From Felis catus (lineage: Eukaryota), in assembly GCF_018350175.1 (NCBI RefSeq), contig NC_058368.1, positions 171,246,001 to 171,310,000 on the forward strand: a DNA stretch of 64,000 bases, given 5' to 3'. Below the pieces are notes generated by a model, which was given only the letters and a program-made list of their open reading frames with translations, was not told the origin of the DNA and ran no database searches. Position 1 is the first letter of the stretch; every line of letters starts with the position of its first letter. The translations under genes and the position numbers were made by a program. Below are positions 1 through 13,725 of this stretch, piece by piece.

Positions 1-286
1 TCTCCTGCCCAATGAGAAAATAAATTTCCATTGATCCCACCTCCACCCAAAGAATAGCCCAACTTCTTCCAAAATTATTTCTGCTTCTCCTTCCAATCAT
101 ATGTCCTTCTGAGTTTTATAGTCAACCCAATGGGAAGCCAAAATCAAACCCAACCAACTGAGAAACATAAAAGTTCTTGTAACGAAGAATAAGAAAATGC
201 TAATCTCTGCACTATTATTCCCAATACTTTTCTAAAACATAATTTAGCTAGTAAACTTTAATTCTCCTATGGCAGTGGCTATTTGT

Positions 287-354
287 GTTTTGTTTGTTTG
301 TTAATGTTTTTATTTATTTTTGAGACAGAGACAGAGCATGAGCAGGGGAGGGGC

Positions 355-387
<33 letters not shown>

Positions 388-518
388 CAGAATCTGAAGA
401 AGGCTCCAGGCTCTGACCTTCAGCACAGAGCCCGACTCGGGGCTCGACCTCACAGACCGTGAGATCATGACCTGAGCTGAAGTTGGCCGCTTAAATGACT
501 GAGCCACCCAGGCACTCC
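287..518 (-). mobile_element. Can-SINE (SINEC_Fc-type)
   Basis: Reverse-strand tRNA-like head, (CT)n and A tail; 17-bp TSD tggcagtggctatttgt at 270-286 and 519-535. Confidence 0.95.
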
Positions 519-713
519 TGGCAGTGGCTATTTGTAATATTCAGAAACACATTCTATAGTTTTAATGTTCTCAACAAGTGTAACTTTGACATTTTAAAAG
601 GTATAAATTCAAAGAAATAATGTAAAACTATGGAAATCCCTGTTTTTTTAAATTCTTCTTCCATAATATTTCATAGTTGACTATACACAGTAGCTACTTT
701 AAAATGTTTTCCT

Positions 714-883
714 GGGGCACCTGGATGGCTCAGTCAGTTGACTGTCACAGTCTCACAGTGAGGTCACAGTCTCACAGTGTATGGGTTTGAGCCCCGCGTC
801 GGCCTCTGTGCTGATGCCTCAGAGCCTGGCACCTGCTTTGGATCCTGTGTCTCCCTCTCTCTCTGCCTCTCCCCCACTTTGGT

Positions 884-915
<32 letters not shown>

Positions 916-933
916 AAAAACAAATACATAAAT
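714..933 (+). mobile_element. Can-SINE with internal 17-bp duplication
   Basis: ggggcacctggatggctcag head, (CT)n, A tail; imperfect TSD aaaatgttttcct / aaaatgctttctt. Confidence 0.92.
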
Positions 934-2964
934 AAAATGCTTTCTTAAAATTAATTAAAGCATTGTCTTTGGAGATCCAAAATGCCAAACTTGCTAGAGA
1001 AAAACTTCTTTAATTCAGATCTCATTAATTCAGATTGCTCTTTCAATTAAGAACTAAATTGTCTACCTTAGTTCTAATAAGAAATGTGACATGACAATTA
1101 TATAATGTAATCATAACAGATATGAATTGAGTGCTGATTGGCAGTGCCAGGAATTACACTGTTTTATAGTATCTTATTAAATCTTTATAATGAATGTAAG
1201 TAATTAATCTGTTCTTTACAGGTGCAAAAACTAAATTTCAAAGAGAAACTAGCAAGGTGGTATCTATAGTGGTTAGAACCTAGCTACAAACACCAGGCTC
1301 TTATTCAACACACTGTACTCTTTCTCCTTCTAGGAGGTAATCACTTCTTGTAAGAGTGCATTAATTTGGTAATTTTTTTTATACATACCTTCAAGTAAAG
1401 CATCTTAGCAAGCAATATTTTGACAGCACATTTTATTTATCATGTACATCTATAAGTAATTAAATACATTTCTTTCTTGAGTTTTTTTAAATGTATCTTG
1501 TCATGAGTTGCTGAGACTTTCCTAGACCCCTCTACTAAATTTACTACCAGTTAGTATGTTTACACTCTGCATTCCATACCCATGACCCTCATTCTCATTA
1601 CTCATAATTTCTAATTCAATATTTGCTGCCATTTCAGTTTTCAAGAGTCCTATTAAATTCTTTGAATATCAAAGTTACATTTGTTGGAAAACACATTTGT
1701 TAGTCTCAGATTTTAATAATGAAGATAAATTGCTGCAGAGAGAGGTAGGAAACTAATCTTTCCTATATCCAGAAATACTGAATTTCCCACAAAAGCCTTA
1801 TTCTAATAATCTCATCTTTCCTGTAATGCTATTTCCCTAGTGGGAAGAACAGGTCAATGTGTTCCACAATTTTTGGACAACTTTGTATTTTGGATCAGAA
1901 ATGTATGGCAGTGAACAGCTGTGGAGAAAATAGAATGCAGTGTGCTGAATAAATACAGGCCAATTCACACTGAAATTAACTCTCACTGTTTTAGCACAAC
2001 AACCATACAAACTATATGCTTCTAGTCTTTGTTGTAACTCAATCCTGCCTATATAGGCTACATTAGAGATGCCCTGATGGTATTTACTTCTATGTCAACA
2101 ATCAGTTGGCTAGAATCTCTCCTAGATATTTCAATTTCATCAACTTCAAAGACCATTTGTCTTCTGTGCCCAGTACAGACAAAAACAAGAGTCCTTCCCA
2201 GACAGCTGTGCCTAAGGGCCATGCAAAAGTGAGTGGTAGTCCAAGGCATGTATTTATGGAAAAAATTCCTAAATACTAGAACAAATCCAATACTTCTCTC
2301 TCCTGCCCCGTCCATCTGTCACCTTTCCCAAGTATGGAACAGCTCACTGTAAGTGGACGATATGTTCCCAGCTGCGGCTGACTCATATCATGACTATGAA
2401 TCCAAATCAGCATCTTCCCAGTGTGGGAAAAATCTGAACTTAATCAATTCCCCATGTAGAAGGCACTTCCAATTTGTCTCATCCTCTCTGGAGAACAAGA
2501 AAGTCACCTAACTTGGAAGATTTGGTGACCTAAACTCATCCAACTAAGATGTGGAATAAAGGACAAAAAATGGTTGGTGAATCTCTTACTAGAATGTTCA
2601 AAGAAAAAGAAAACCAAACAAACAGAGAACAACAATGAAACCATGGAATCTAGTCAAGAAAACTGAAGTCATGGTAAAGTACAAAAATGAATAAATGAAA
2701 AAACAAAATCCTAAAAACCCTTTCTCCTCTCAGCCAGCAATTTTCCATAGCAACCTATTCCAATCACAAATCAAAGTGTTGCTGAAAGACCAGAGCTATT
2801 GAAAGCATTTTCATCGTCCAGCACAAATGTTTTTATGTTACATGTGCTATCAAACACCCCGGACTGACTATGTGGGCCACACCATTGAATGAGATAAGGT
2901 AATTGCAGCTGCATATCAGGTCAAAAGCTGCAGCTCAATGCAAAGGCATTCAAAATTAAAACCC

Positions 2965-3950
2965 CTAGAAATTTTTTCAATCATAAAATATTTGAGACAT
3001 ACAAAAAGTCTAGGATATAATATAATCAGCACTCATTTACGCATATGTTTATCCTCCATGAGCTTAAGAAATAAAACATTAAATCTCAGTTTAAGTCTCC
3101 AATGTGTCCCACCCTGGCAGCACTACCTTTTTCTCCACATAGCTTATCATTATCCTAAATTTCGTGTTTGTCTTTCTCAAAAATGTCTTTGTATTTTTAC
3201 TACATGTGTCTCAAAACAATATAATTGTTTTCTATATTTAAAACTTTAAATTGTATAATTATGTCTGCATCCTTCCTGTATAAACATTATGTGAGATTTA
3301 TCCATGATGATATAGGGTTCTTGTTTATTCTGTTATAGCATTTCATTGAACATATATGTAACAATTCATTTGCCCATTTCTCTAGTGATGGAATTAAGGT
3401 TGTTTCTATTGTTTTCTATTACCAACAGTGCCATTTTGAAAATTTTTGTACATTTACCTTTGTGTATATTATCGAGTGTTTCTTTAGTGCAGGATCAGAA
3501 ACCATGCCTGTGGGCCAAATCTAGCCTGCCATCTGTTTTCATCAATTAAGTTTTATTGGAATACAACCATGCTTTGTTTGTGTATACATTGTCTATAGGT
3601 GCCTTCACACTATAGTGGTAGAGTTGAGTAGTTGTGACAGAATCTGAATTTCTGTCAGATGGTTTGCAAATCTGAAAATATTTATTATCTTGTCTTTTAC
3701 AGAAAAACTTTGCCCACCTCCACGTTAGGATATAAATTTAGCAGTGACATGTTTGAGTCAAAGGCTACACGAGTATTCAATTTTACCAAATGTTGCTAAA
3801 TGTTCCCCAAAGTTATGTACCAATTTAAACTCTCCTCAATAATATAAAAACATCCCCATCTTTACTGCTTCTCATCCTCACCAATACTTGAAATCTCAAA
3901 AATTTCCAAATTATGTCCATTTATTTTGTGGTTCCATTTCAAATATCCTG
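2965..3950 (-). mobile_element. Ancient L1 (L1ME-like) 3' fragment, interrupted by MER58
   Basis: Degenerate L1M 3' motifs (gtgagatttatccatg, ttgtaccaattt..ctcc, catcctcaccaatacttg); boundaries approximate. Confidence 0.6.
3490..3722 (+). mobile_element. MER58-like hAT-Charlie MITE
   Basis: tgtgggccaaatctagcctgcc...aagttttattggaa...ttttacagaaaaa.tttgcc.acc pattern, also seen at 46285-46509. Confidence 0.8.
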
Positions 3951-5429
3951 GAGTTGTTAGAATGGTTCACATCTATATTTGTGTATAACACATTTCAGAG
4001 TAATAATTGAAATGATAGAGCAATGACATAATTCCATCCCAAGGTCAGGCTGAGGCATAAAAGTGCCAAAGGACACCTTCCATTTGGTTCCAAAGAGTTC
4101 CTCTTCCCCAAACCCTACATCCCCTTCTCTTTCATGACACCTCTACCCAAATCACACCATCTCTAAAGACCTGGATCTGGTCTGGATCATGTATACCACG
4201 TTCTTCTATAGCTCCTAATTTACTATCTGCTGAAATAATTTCCTACTCTTTCTCTTCACAGACATTTTGTACTGCTAATCATAGTCCCAAAGGTTTCTCT
4301 TGAGTGGAGAGAAGAAAGGAAAGAAGCCCTACTGTTTTCAGTATGAGACACCTGGTCTCCACATTGCACAACCTAAGGGCAGCCTGCCAGCTAGGCAGAA
4401 GCAAGAATATGGGGAAAAAAAAAAAAAAAGGAAAGATTCATCTGTGCCTCTGTCTGCTCCAAGGGTGATACTCCTTGTCTAGGCACCTCTGGGATTATCT
4501 GATTTTGTTCATGTTCTTTGATGGAAAAATATTACCTTTTTATTTGTTATCTTCCCAGGGCCCCTGATATTGTTCTGGAACACAAGAGTTGATTTAAGAG
4601 TATAGATTTTATTTCATTTAAAATTAGTTGGCTACGGTAAAGCAAAAACTCTTCCTTGTGGATATTTCTCTAATTTGCATGGGTAAATGAGACAAGGAAG
4701 TAGCATGGGATGATTATTGGAACAAACCCAGAGCACTGAAATCCCAAATTATGCCTCAGTTTGATAGTAAAGGCTATTGATACAAGTGATTTTAAGGAGG
4801 GGAAAGGGCAAGTGCAAGAGAAAAGGGAAAAGTCTTTTGGGGAAGAAGAGAGGAAATCATGATGAAGGAAGAGAAAAGCAGCATGAAGAAAGGTTGAAAA
4901 AGAGGGTCATTTAATAAAAGATATGATAAATGATTAGCCCAATTCCAGCCACAGTAAACTACAAGTTGGGCTGTCATAATACAGGTACATGTGTTGATAC
5001 TTAGAGGATAGGAAGCAGGGACTTCCTACCCTGGGGGTGACTAATTCAGGGCAGTGTAACTCAAAACCTTGTCAAGTATGAACTTCCCAGAAAGGCAAGG
5101 CAGAAGCAGTTGCTGGTGTGCTATGAGGCCATTCTGTGGCAGACAGCCATGGCCATGATATGCCTTGGACTAACTCAATGATTTTCCTTTTGAACACTCT
5201 ATGATTGGGTACAGAATCATCTGAGGCCATTAGTTTTGTTCCCGAAGATTTTGTCCTTCACTACTGGCAACCTCCACCATTACTATCTTTTTTTCAATCA
5301 GACTAGTTGTCTTATAAAAATTTTCAGTTTTTAAGCTTTATCTGAGCATGCATTCATTCTCCAGGCAACATGTGTCCCACAAATATTTATTGAGGGTCAA
5401 CTCAATAAACAAATTACTGAGAATATAAT

Positions 5430-5657
5430 TTTCTTTTTTAGAGAGAGAGGGAGAGCAAGCATGCTCCAGCAGGGGAGAGGGGTAGAGGGAGAGGGAGGGA
5501 GGGAGACAGAGACAGAGACAGAGACAGAGAGAATCTTAAGCAGTCTCCATGCTCAGTGCGGAGACCCAGATGGGGCTTGATCCCATGACCTTGGAGTCAT
5601 GACCTAAGCTGAAATTAAGAGTCAGACACTCAACTGACTGAGCCACCCAGGCACCCC
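5430..5657 (-). mobile_element. Can-SINE
   Basis: Reverse-strand head (...gagccacccaggcacccc), GA repeat, T tail; TSD-like agaata(t/c)aa. Confidence 0.92.
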
Positions 5658-7110
5658 TAGAATACAAAATTTTAAAGAGACAGAGTCTTTGCCCTCAAAA
5701 CCCTTACAGACATTTAAGTCACATAATGGATAGAAGAAGGACATGAACCAAGTGTCCAGAGCAGAAAATTGGGGGCAATGAACTCTGCCTGGGGGAGTTA
5801 AGGAATAGTTTTCACTAGATTTGAGCTGAATTTTGAAGAATGGTCAAGAGGAAGAAGGACAGTCTAGGTAGATGGACCAACATATGCAATGCACAACAAT
5901 GTGGGAACACATGACATGTTTAGGGGAAATATTTTGAAATAATCACTCCTAAGGGATGTGAAGTCTCAGCCTCATGTCCTTGAAGTCTAAGCACAAGTAA
6001 TGTGGAAATGTCAGCAAGTTGAGAATGGATTAGGGACAGAGAGCGAGGTATGAGCCAGCTAAGGAACTGTGACATTATTCTCTAGAGCCCTGCACATCTC
6101 ACTAACTTGAATTTAATTAAAGTGAATTGACATCTAACTTTCAGCTAAGCACATGATTTAGTCTCATGACAGTTTTTGGCCAAAATGAAAAAAAAATGGG
6201 TTCTTTGATGGCACATTTGATGTATCAATGAAGATGATGATCATCTTCAGATATTGGAAGCACTGTCAGGTAGAAGAGAGATTTCCCATTTTATGCCCAG
6301 ATCCAGATGAAGGCCTAGAACCAATAAATGAAAGTTACAGGAAGGCAGACTATTGCTCTGGGTCAGAAAAAAAGAAAAATAAAGGTCTATGCAGTATTTA
6401 ATTCATTACTAACAAATCTATTAATGCAAAACAATTATGTTAATGGGAAAAGGAACTGTTTCATTATGCAAGTGTTCTTTGGCAAAAGTTTTCAGTTTTA
6501 TCATAGCTTGGTAGTGATACATTTTGGTTTGATTTTTTTTCTCACCTGACAAAACTTCAAAGAATGACATTTTTTAAGAACCCCAAATAATGCATTTTAG
6601 TATTATTTAAATGACTTGCTCTAATAAATGACAATTTCTGTATACTTCAAAGCAGTGTTAGACTGGAGAATAACATTTTCTTCTTAGCTCACAAATATAT
6701 ATTAAAGAGTTAAGAGGAGAAACACAATCAAAAGATAAAGAAAGGTTGAGAACAGGAATGCAAAGCAAGAAATAATCAATATGCAAAATGGAAAGTAACA
6801 GGTTCCACACATGTTACAATAAGGACAGGGAGGCCGTAAGCAATTAATGCTTCCTGTGTTTGCACAGAGCTAGAAGCTGGGAAGCTGGTTCCCCATATTG
6901 TCTGGGGCCTTGCCCTCAGACCATGCTGTGCCCATCTCCTGCTAGGAACAGAGAGAGGGCAAGAATAAGATGTACAATACCTTTTTGAAAAATACATTTT
7001 GATGGATATTGGTGACCATTAAGACTGAGTAAGTGCAAAATGTTGCAGATGACAAAGACTAACCTACTGTCCAAAGCAGATTAGAATTCTTTTAAGAAAA
7101 AGAGAGTATG

Positions 7111-7487
7111 TATATTAGTCTGCTAATACTGTCATAACAAAATACTTCTAAGTGTCTTGAAAAACAGAAACCTATTTTTTCACAATTCTGAAGGTTAGAA
7201 GTCTAAGACCAAGTTGTCGACAGGATTGGTTTCTTGCCTTTTTCTTTGGCTTGCAGATGGCTACCTTCTCACTATATCCTCACATTGACTTTCCTATGTG
7301 TTTACACATCCCTGGTGTCTCTCCCTCTTTTTATAAAGACACAACTCCTATTGGATTAGGACCCCACTCTTATGGCCTTAATTAACTTTAATTACCTCCT
7401 TAAACATCCTTTCTCCAAATACAATCATATTGGGGGTTCCCATTTCAACATATGGATTTTTGGGGGGACATAATTCAGTCCATAACA
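7111..7487 (-). mobile_element. MLT1A-like ERVL-MaLR solo LTR
   Basis: Typical tattagt..gct..cataacaaaatac start, ctggaggctagaagtc-like core, ttcagtccataaca end. Confidence 0.8.
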
Positions 7488-9430
7488 ATATTTAACACCC
7501 AAGACGTCAGGCCCAAACAAAAGACAGTAATACCTGCATTACTGTTCCAAAGATTTAACTCTAGCCTCTACTTTGCATGCCTTGTGGCATCTTGCTGACC
7601 TCTGAAACCCTACTTTTGCCGTTTAAGAATTGTCAAAAATAACTATTTCTTGACTTTATACTTAGACTCGGCTTTTCAACTCTTGCCTGCAGAACTCTGA
7701 ATTCTATTCAAGGACCTTCTATCAACTGGTTTCTAACACAAAGACTTCATCCCCTTAACTCTTTCTTGTTTGTGCCCAAGTAGGAGCCTTTCTTACAAAG
7801 TGACTTGAGCATGGTTGTCTTGCTCCCCAACCCCATCCATATGTATTTCCCCCTCAGGCTTCTGAGCAGACCTTACCTGCCAGTCCAGCTTCTCAATGGA
7901 GCTTAAAATATCTGCCAGCAAGTGTTCCTCTACCTACCAAACTGCAAGGTTTGAGTCAGAGACTTGTGCCTTGTTCATATTCAATTACTTGAGGCCTACC
8001 ATAATGCTTAGACAAGTAGCAATTTTCTGAAAAATGGTTTCTGAATAAATGACAAAGAACAAATCAATTTTCCAAAGAAAATACATGAGGAAGAAGGCTA
8101 GATATTTGACAGTGAGTCTGGGATTTTTGTTTGTTCTAGAAAGGAGAATACATGTCCACATGCACTGATACTCTTAACAACCAGACCTGAACTTTGCCTG
8201 GCTGACACACAAAAGGAAAAGGGAAGAATAAGTAAAGGGTTGTAGTAAGAGTTATACTACCGGTGTTTCATTCTTTCACTCAACCAGCATTTATTGAGCA
8301 CCAGCTACAATCTAGGAACTACACCGCCCATACAGATTCAAAGAGGAATCCAGTTCTTGTACTTCTTGAGGTCATGATTTGTATGGCTAACAGATATAAA
8401 TAAACAGAATTATAATACAGAATTTTATTTATATGCCACCTCATTCTACAAAAATAAATGAGAAAGTTTACAAAAGCTCATTAAATGCTGAAGTACAAAA
8501 TTAAAAGTCGAGAGTCAGAGAAAAGGAAAATCTCACATAAATGCAGCTCAGTCAGGACTCTGTAGCTGTAGGTGCTAGAAGTGAGCAAAAAATTGTACCC
8601 AAACTACATAGTGGCTAAAAAAACATTCAGTTTTAAGATTTGTGGTAAGAAACATAACTCATCCTTATGAGTTATGAGTTACGTATTACCTGTAAGAAAT
8701 TTCTTTCTGTGTTTGTATGATGGGAACACTGTGGAGATTTCTAAGTCAACAGGACATAGTAAGTACATACCTGAAATCCTCACTTGCACTCAAGTAAACT
8801 AGAAATACTAAATAAAATATATTAAACTACACTTATATTTATGTACATAGCATGGATGAAAGGAATACTGAGAAATACCCAGATGCCAGAAATGTAGTCA
8901 CTTTGAGCTGAAGTCTGGCAACTCATGGTAAAGAGGCAGATCCTGGGAGTGAACAGAGCCATAGAGTGTGTATGTTAACGCCAACCTGAGGATAAGAGTC
9001 AGAATTACCTGTCTTACCCCTGTGGTGAAAAACTGGTTGGTCTTCAAGCAAGAGAACAGGACTTGATAAGCAAATCATCTATTCAAGCCATGTGATTCCA
9101 GAATCTTGGATATGTGTCACATGATTGCAGAAGCCCAGTTAACACTATCCAAGTCCAAAAAGTCCAGAGTCAAACACAAACTTAAGAGCTTGCTCAGGGA
9201 TATTTAAAGTCCCTAAGGAAAGCTAAAAAGGGAAATCTCCACAATCCAGGGTATCCGTGAGTGAGCTCAAAGAGAAGATAATGCCCTAGGAAAATGAGCT
9301 CACAGAGAAGAATGGTAAAACATATGAGAACGTCTGCATCAAGATAATAGACAACAGACAGAACTCACAGCAAAGAAATAAGAGAATGAGTAAGGGATGC
9401 TTAAATGAGTACATTTAAAGTCTTCCAAGA

Positions 9431-9658
9431 GGGGTGCCTGGGTGGCGCAGTCGGTTAAGCGTCCGACTTCAGCCAGGTCACGATCTCGCGGTCCGTGAGT
9501 TCGAGCCCCGCATCAGGCTCCGGGCTGATGGCTCGGAGCCTGGAGCCTGTTTCCGATTCTGTGTCTCCCTCTGTCTCTGCCCCTCCCCCGTTCATGCTCT
9601 GTCTCTCTCTGTCCCAAAAATAAAAAAAAAAAAAAAAACGTTGAAAAAAAAAAATTTT
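9431..9658 (+). mobile_element. Young CpG-rich Can-SINE
   Basis: Near-consensus head with intact CpGs; TSD aaagtcttccaaga 9417-9430 / 9659-9672. Confidence 0.97.
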
Positions 9659-9745
9659 AAAGTCTTCCAAGATATAAAGGAATCTTTTTTTGTGAAACAG
9701 GAAGTTATAAAATGGTACACTGATATTAAAAAACTCAATAGACAA

Positions 9746-9955
9746 GGCACCTGGGGGCTCAGTCCATTAAACACCAGACTTTTGATTTTGGCTCAGGTCA
9801 CGATCTTATGGTTTGTGAGACTGAACCCTGAGTGGGGCTCTGCACTGAGTGTGGAGCCTGCTTCAGATTCTCTTTCTCCCTCTCCACCTCCCCCACTCAT
9901 GCATGCAAGAGCACTCTCTCTCTCCCTCACTCTCAATATAAAAATGAAATTTTTT
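9746..9955 (+). mobile_element. Can-SINE (older)
   Basis: Degenerate head, CT-rich tract; TSD aaaaa(a/g)ctcaataga. Confidence 0.9.
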
Positions 9956-10241
9956 AAAAAGCTCAATAGAAGAAATATTAAAAGCAATTGAAAATAGAAT
10001 ATGAAGAGAAACCTAAGGACTTTTTTTTTTCAGAATGAAACAGAAAAAAATAATTGAATAGGAAAAAAATTTGATTTCATTAAGAGAAATGAAAGGAAGT
10101 ATGAGAAGGTGCGAAACACTTCTAAGAGGCATTCCAGATAAAGAATAAAATCGAGTCTCTCCTCAATATTTACAAAGATAAGAGTTGGGAATTTTCCAGA
10201 AGTGAAGAAAGATTTGAGTCTTCGTTTTTAAAACGCCATTT

Positions 10242-10460
10242 GGGGCGCCTGGGTGGCGCAGTCGGTTAAGCGACCGACTTCAGCCAGGTCACGATCTCGC
10301 AGTCCGTGAGTTCGAGCCCCGCGTCAGGCTCTGGGCTGATGGCTCGGAGCCTGGAGCCTGTTTCCAATTCTGTGTCTCCCTCTCTCTCTGCCCCTCCCCC
10401 GTTCATGCTCTGTCTCTCTCTGTCCCAAAAATAAATAAAAAACGTTGAAAAAAAAATTTT
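10242..10460 (+). mobile_element. Young CpG-rich Can-SINE
   Basis: ggggcgcctgggtggcgcagtcggttaagcg head; TSD-like aaa(a)(c/t)gcca. Confidence 0.96.
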
Positions 10461-11386
10461 AAATGCCAATTAAATACATTGGTGTGCAATGTAGTGATAT
10501 TGCAGAATATCAGATTTAGAAAGAAATTTTCCATTTCCCAGAGAGGAAAAAAAGAAATTGCATCCACTGAATAACAGTGGGGGGTGGGGCAGGGGAAGCA
10601 CACAAATTAAATATACCAGTAATGAAAAGGGGTAACGTTATACATAATTTTGATTTGACAAAATAATACAGGTGTATTAGAATATTTAATGTCACCAAAT
10701 ATTAAAATTTGATAAAATGGAAAATCTTCTAGGAAATGTCAAACTACCAGTATTGAACAATCAGTAATTTAAAAAACCTCAACCGGTCAATATTTACTAA
10801 AGATATCCAACATTAGTATATCCTTTCCCCCAAAGCCAGAACCATATAACTTTATTAAACTTAAAAGCACAGATAATTCCTATCTTATATAAATTCTCCA
10901 AGAAAATAACAAGAGAAAAAAAATGATTTTTATGACGTTAGTATATTTATGCCAAATCAAGACAGTTCAAGAAAATAAGAAACGAATCTCATTGTGAACA
11001 TAAATGCAACAATTATAAAAAAGTATTAGCTAAGCAAGTCTAACTTTGTATCTAAATATATGTAGCTTTATATAACAAAATACAACATGACCAAATAGAC
11101 TTGTAAGAATGGTTCATCATTAGAAAATGTAGGGGAAAATAGAGATTTAGAAACTCACAAGAAAAGCATAAAGGACAAGATATATACATTTGGCCATATC
11201 AAATGATCATAAAATGATCATTGCAATGGATTTTTGTAAGACATGATAAAAATGCAATAATACTTATTCATGATTCAAAGAAAGAAATAAGCCCTGGTAA
11301 GTAGGGATAGAAGAAAACTTCCTTAAGAAGAGCTTTAAAAAAAAAACAGCAAACATCTTATGTAGAGACAAACTTTAGAAGCATCC

Positions 11387-11620
11387 TTTTTTTTTTTAAT
11401 CTTTAAAAAATTTTTACTGTTTATTTTTGAGAGAGAGCGAGAGAGCGTGCGCGAGTGAGCAGGGGAGGGGCAGAGAGAGAGGGAGACACAGAATCCGAAG
11501 CAGGTTCCAGGCTCTGAGCTGTCAGCACAGAGCCGGACGCAGCTCTTGAGTCCACAAGTCATGAGATTGTGACCTGAGCCAAAGTCAGATGCTTAACTGA
11601 CTGAGCCACCCAGGTACCCC
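11387..11620 (-). mobile_element. Can-SINE
   Basis: Reverse-strand head and T tail; TSD tagaagcat(c/t)ct. Confidence 0.95.
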
Positions 11621-12122
11621 TAGAAGCATTCTCATGAAATTAAGAATAAGAGATAATTTTCATTATGTAGTAAAATTTATGTGCAGAATTGAGAAAACAT
11701 CTTGTCTCAAGCAATAGTAATATGATATACTCTATTTTGCTAAGTTTTATATATAGTCTTATAAATTGTTCAGAATTAAAATATTGGACAAATGCTAATG
11801 CTACCATTTTTCTCATTTACATATATAAAGCTAATTTTCCTCATCTATAAGAATTTAAATAGCTATCCTATCCAATGCAAAAGAAAAGCAAATAAGATCT
11901 AAAGATTAGAAAAGAAAAAATAAAACTATCATTTATAGATGATATAATTTACTACATAAAAAAAATCCAAGAAAAACAAAACGTAATGATTTAAAGTGAA
12001 GAAGCTAATTCAGCAAAGCTGCTGGATTCAAAGTGATATTCCAACACTAATATTTATTTTTATACTTTATAACTCATTAGAAGTTAATGGGGGAAAAATC
12101 CCATTCAAAATACTAACAAAAA

Positions 12123-12212
12123 GAAGTTACTCAGTTTTCCTGGGTCTCTCTCATGTATGCAGGAAGTATACATGTCATTAAACTTTTGTTCATTTTTCTG
12201 TTTACAAAAAGG
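12123..12212 (+). mobile_element. Short LTR-like (R-region) insert in old L1
   Basis: Non-L1 90-bp segment with ATTAAA at 12177, A-rich end, flanked by aacaaaaa on both sides; resembles a carnivore LTR R region from memory. Confidence 0.45.
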
Positions 12213-12516
12213 AACAAAAACTCAAAAGTATGCAATTAAAACTGCCTAAAATACACAAGAGATTTTTAAGCTTAAAAAATGCAGTTATTATACTGAAAGC
12301 GTCAAGGAGAATTAAGTTATTAGAAAAAACAAACCATGTTCATAGATAAGATTCAACTTTAAAAAAAAAGTTCTTTCTCTCCTTAAATTTATAAATTAAA
12401 TTTAATGTAATTCCAATCAAAATCCCTACAGGAATTTGCATATTGATTACAACATTTGCTTTGGAAAGCTAGATGAATACAAGATTGAGTCAAGTTTTCA
12501 TAAAGCTCAACTTGTT

Positions 12517-12672
12517 GGGGCTCCTGGGTGGCTCAGTTGGTTAAGTGCCCAACTCTTCATTTCTGCTCAGGTCGTGATCTCATGGGTACCTGGGATCAAG
12601 TCCCACGTTGAGGTCTGAATGTATAGCATGAGCCTACTTGGGATTCTCTTCCTTTCTCTCTGCCCCTTCCCT

Positions 12673-12706
<34 letters not shown>

Positions 12707-12725
12707 AAAATAAACATTTTTAAAA
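12517..12725 (+). mobile_element. Can-SINE
   Basis: ggggctcctgggtggctcag head, (CT)n, A-rich tail. Confidence 0.93.
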
Positions 12726-13529
12726 ATCCTAAATTTGTTGATACTAATATTGCAAGATTATCCTTACAACCTTTTTAGTACAAAAAGTTCATTCTGTTAT
12801 AAAAATTATGACTTCTCTTAATGTTAAGATATTAACATTTAAATATGGGTTTTTAAATATTTACACCTAGCAAAATCAAGTCAGCAAGCCTGTGTGCATC
12901 CCCAATTTTTGTTTTTCTGAAATTTCACTCATCGCTGACATCCCAAAATCTGAGAATCTACTCTGTACCTCAGCTGTTCCAAGCAGATCACAGCTACAGA
13001 CTGAATTTTCACACTCTTAAGTACTTAACTAATCAATCATTCATTTTAACACATTCAATAGATGAATGCTGGAGTGGGGGGAGGGTTGGTTTGAGGCATA
13101 GAAGTCAGGCGGTTTGACTTAATTCCACAGTAAGACCTTTAAAAAATGTGTGCCATTGTTCCCAAGGGCATGGCAATAGATGCAGATCGATTATCATAAA
13201 TCCATCATCACTGTGAAAAACAACTCAGGGGATGGGTCAAAAACCTCATCTTTGAGAATGATAGCAGCTGAGTACAGGACTAAGTGATCTGACCAGGCAA
13301 GAATTCGGAAGATCAGACGAAGATCAGTAAAGGTCTAGAGCCCACTTCAAGTAGCTTACGAAGTGGCTGTGACAAACAGGAATGGAACGAGCTTGAATTC
13401 TAAAATGGAATTTACACTTAACTCTGACTCACTCTCATTGTATCTAAATTTAAGTTTATAGTTTAGAAGTAGATGTCTGTGTGATGTTTAAAAGTTTAAA
13501 TGCTTTTTAAGTTACATAAAAAAAAGTGT

Positions 13530-13725
13530 CGGGCACCTGGGTGGCTCAGTTATTAAGCATCTGGCATCAGCTGGGGTCACGACCTCACGGTTTGTGAGTT
13601 CAAGTCCCACATCTGGTGAGATGGAGCCCTGCTTCCCTCTCTCTCTCTCTCTCTCTCTTCCTCTCTCTCTGCCCCTTGTGGAATTCTCTGTCTCTGCCTG
13701 TCTCTCATTTGCAACCTCTCTCTCT

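Larger units (their letters stand above)
10700..12480 (+). mobile_element. Highly decayed ancient L1 ORF2 region
   Basis: A-rich sequence with recognisable L1 ORF2 remnants (gaacataaatgcaa..attataaaaaa.tattagc; aatggttcatcattagaaaat; aaaactatcattt..agatgatataatt; aattccaatcaaaatcccta); upstream 8.8-10.7 kb may be the same element. Confidence 0.6.

Noticed and set aside
2323..2487. Protein-coding exon on the minus strand
   Set aside because: Stops in all three frames and no recognisable protein; kept only as a weak non-coding exon candidate.
9434..9991. 185-aa ORF and similar SINE-spanning ORFs
   Set aside because: Read-through of Can-SINEs and A/CT tracts giving low-complexity K/L/S/F runs.
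13100..13520. Processed pseudogene or ancient pogo transposase remnant (FKKC-like motif, A-rich end)
   Set aside because: No sustained reading frame, TIR or TSD that I can identify; needs a database search.
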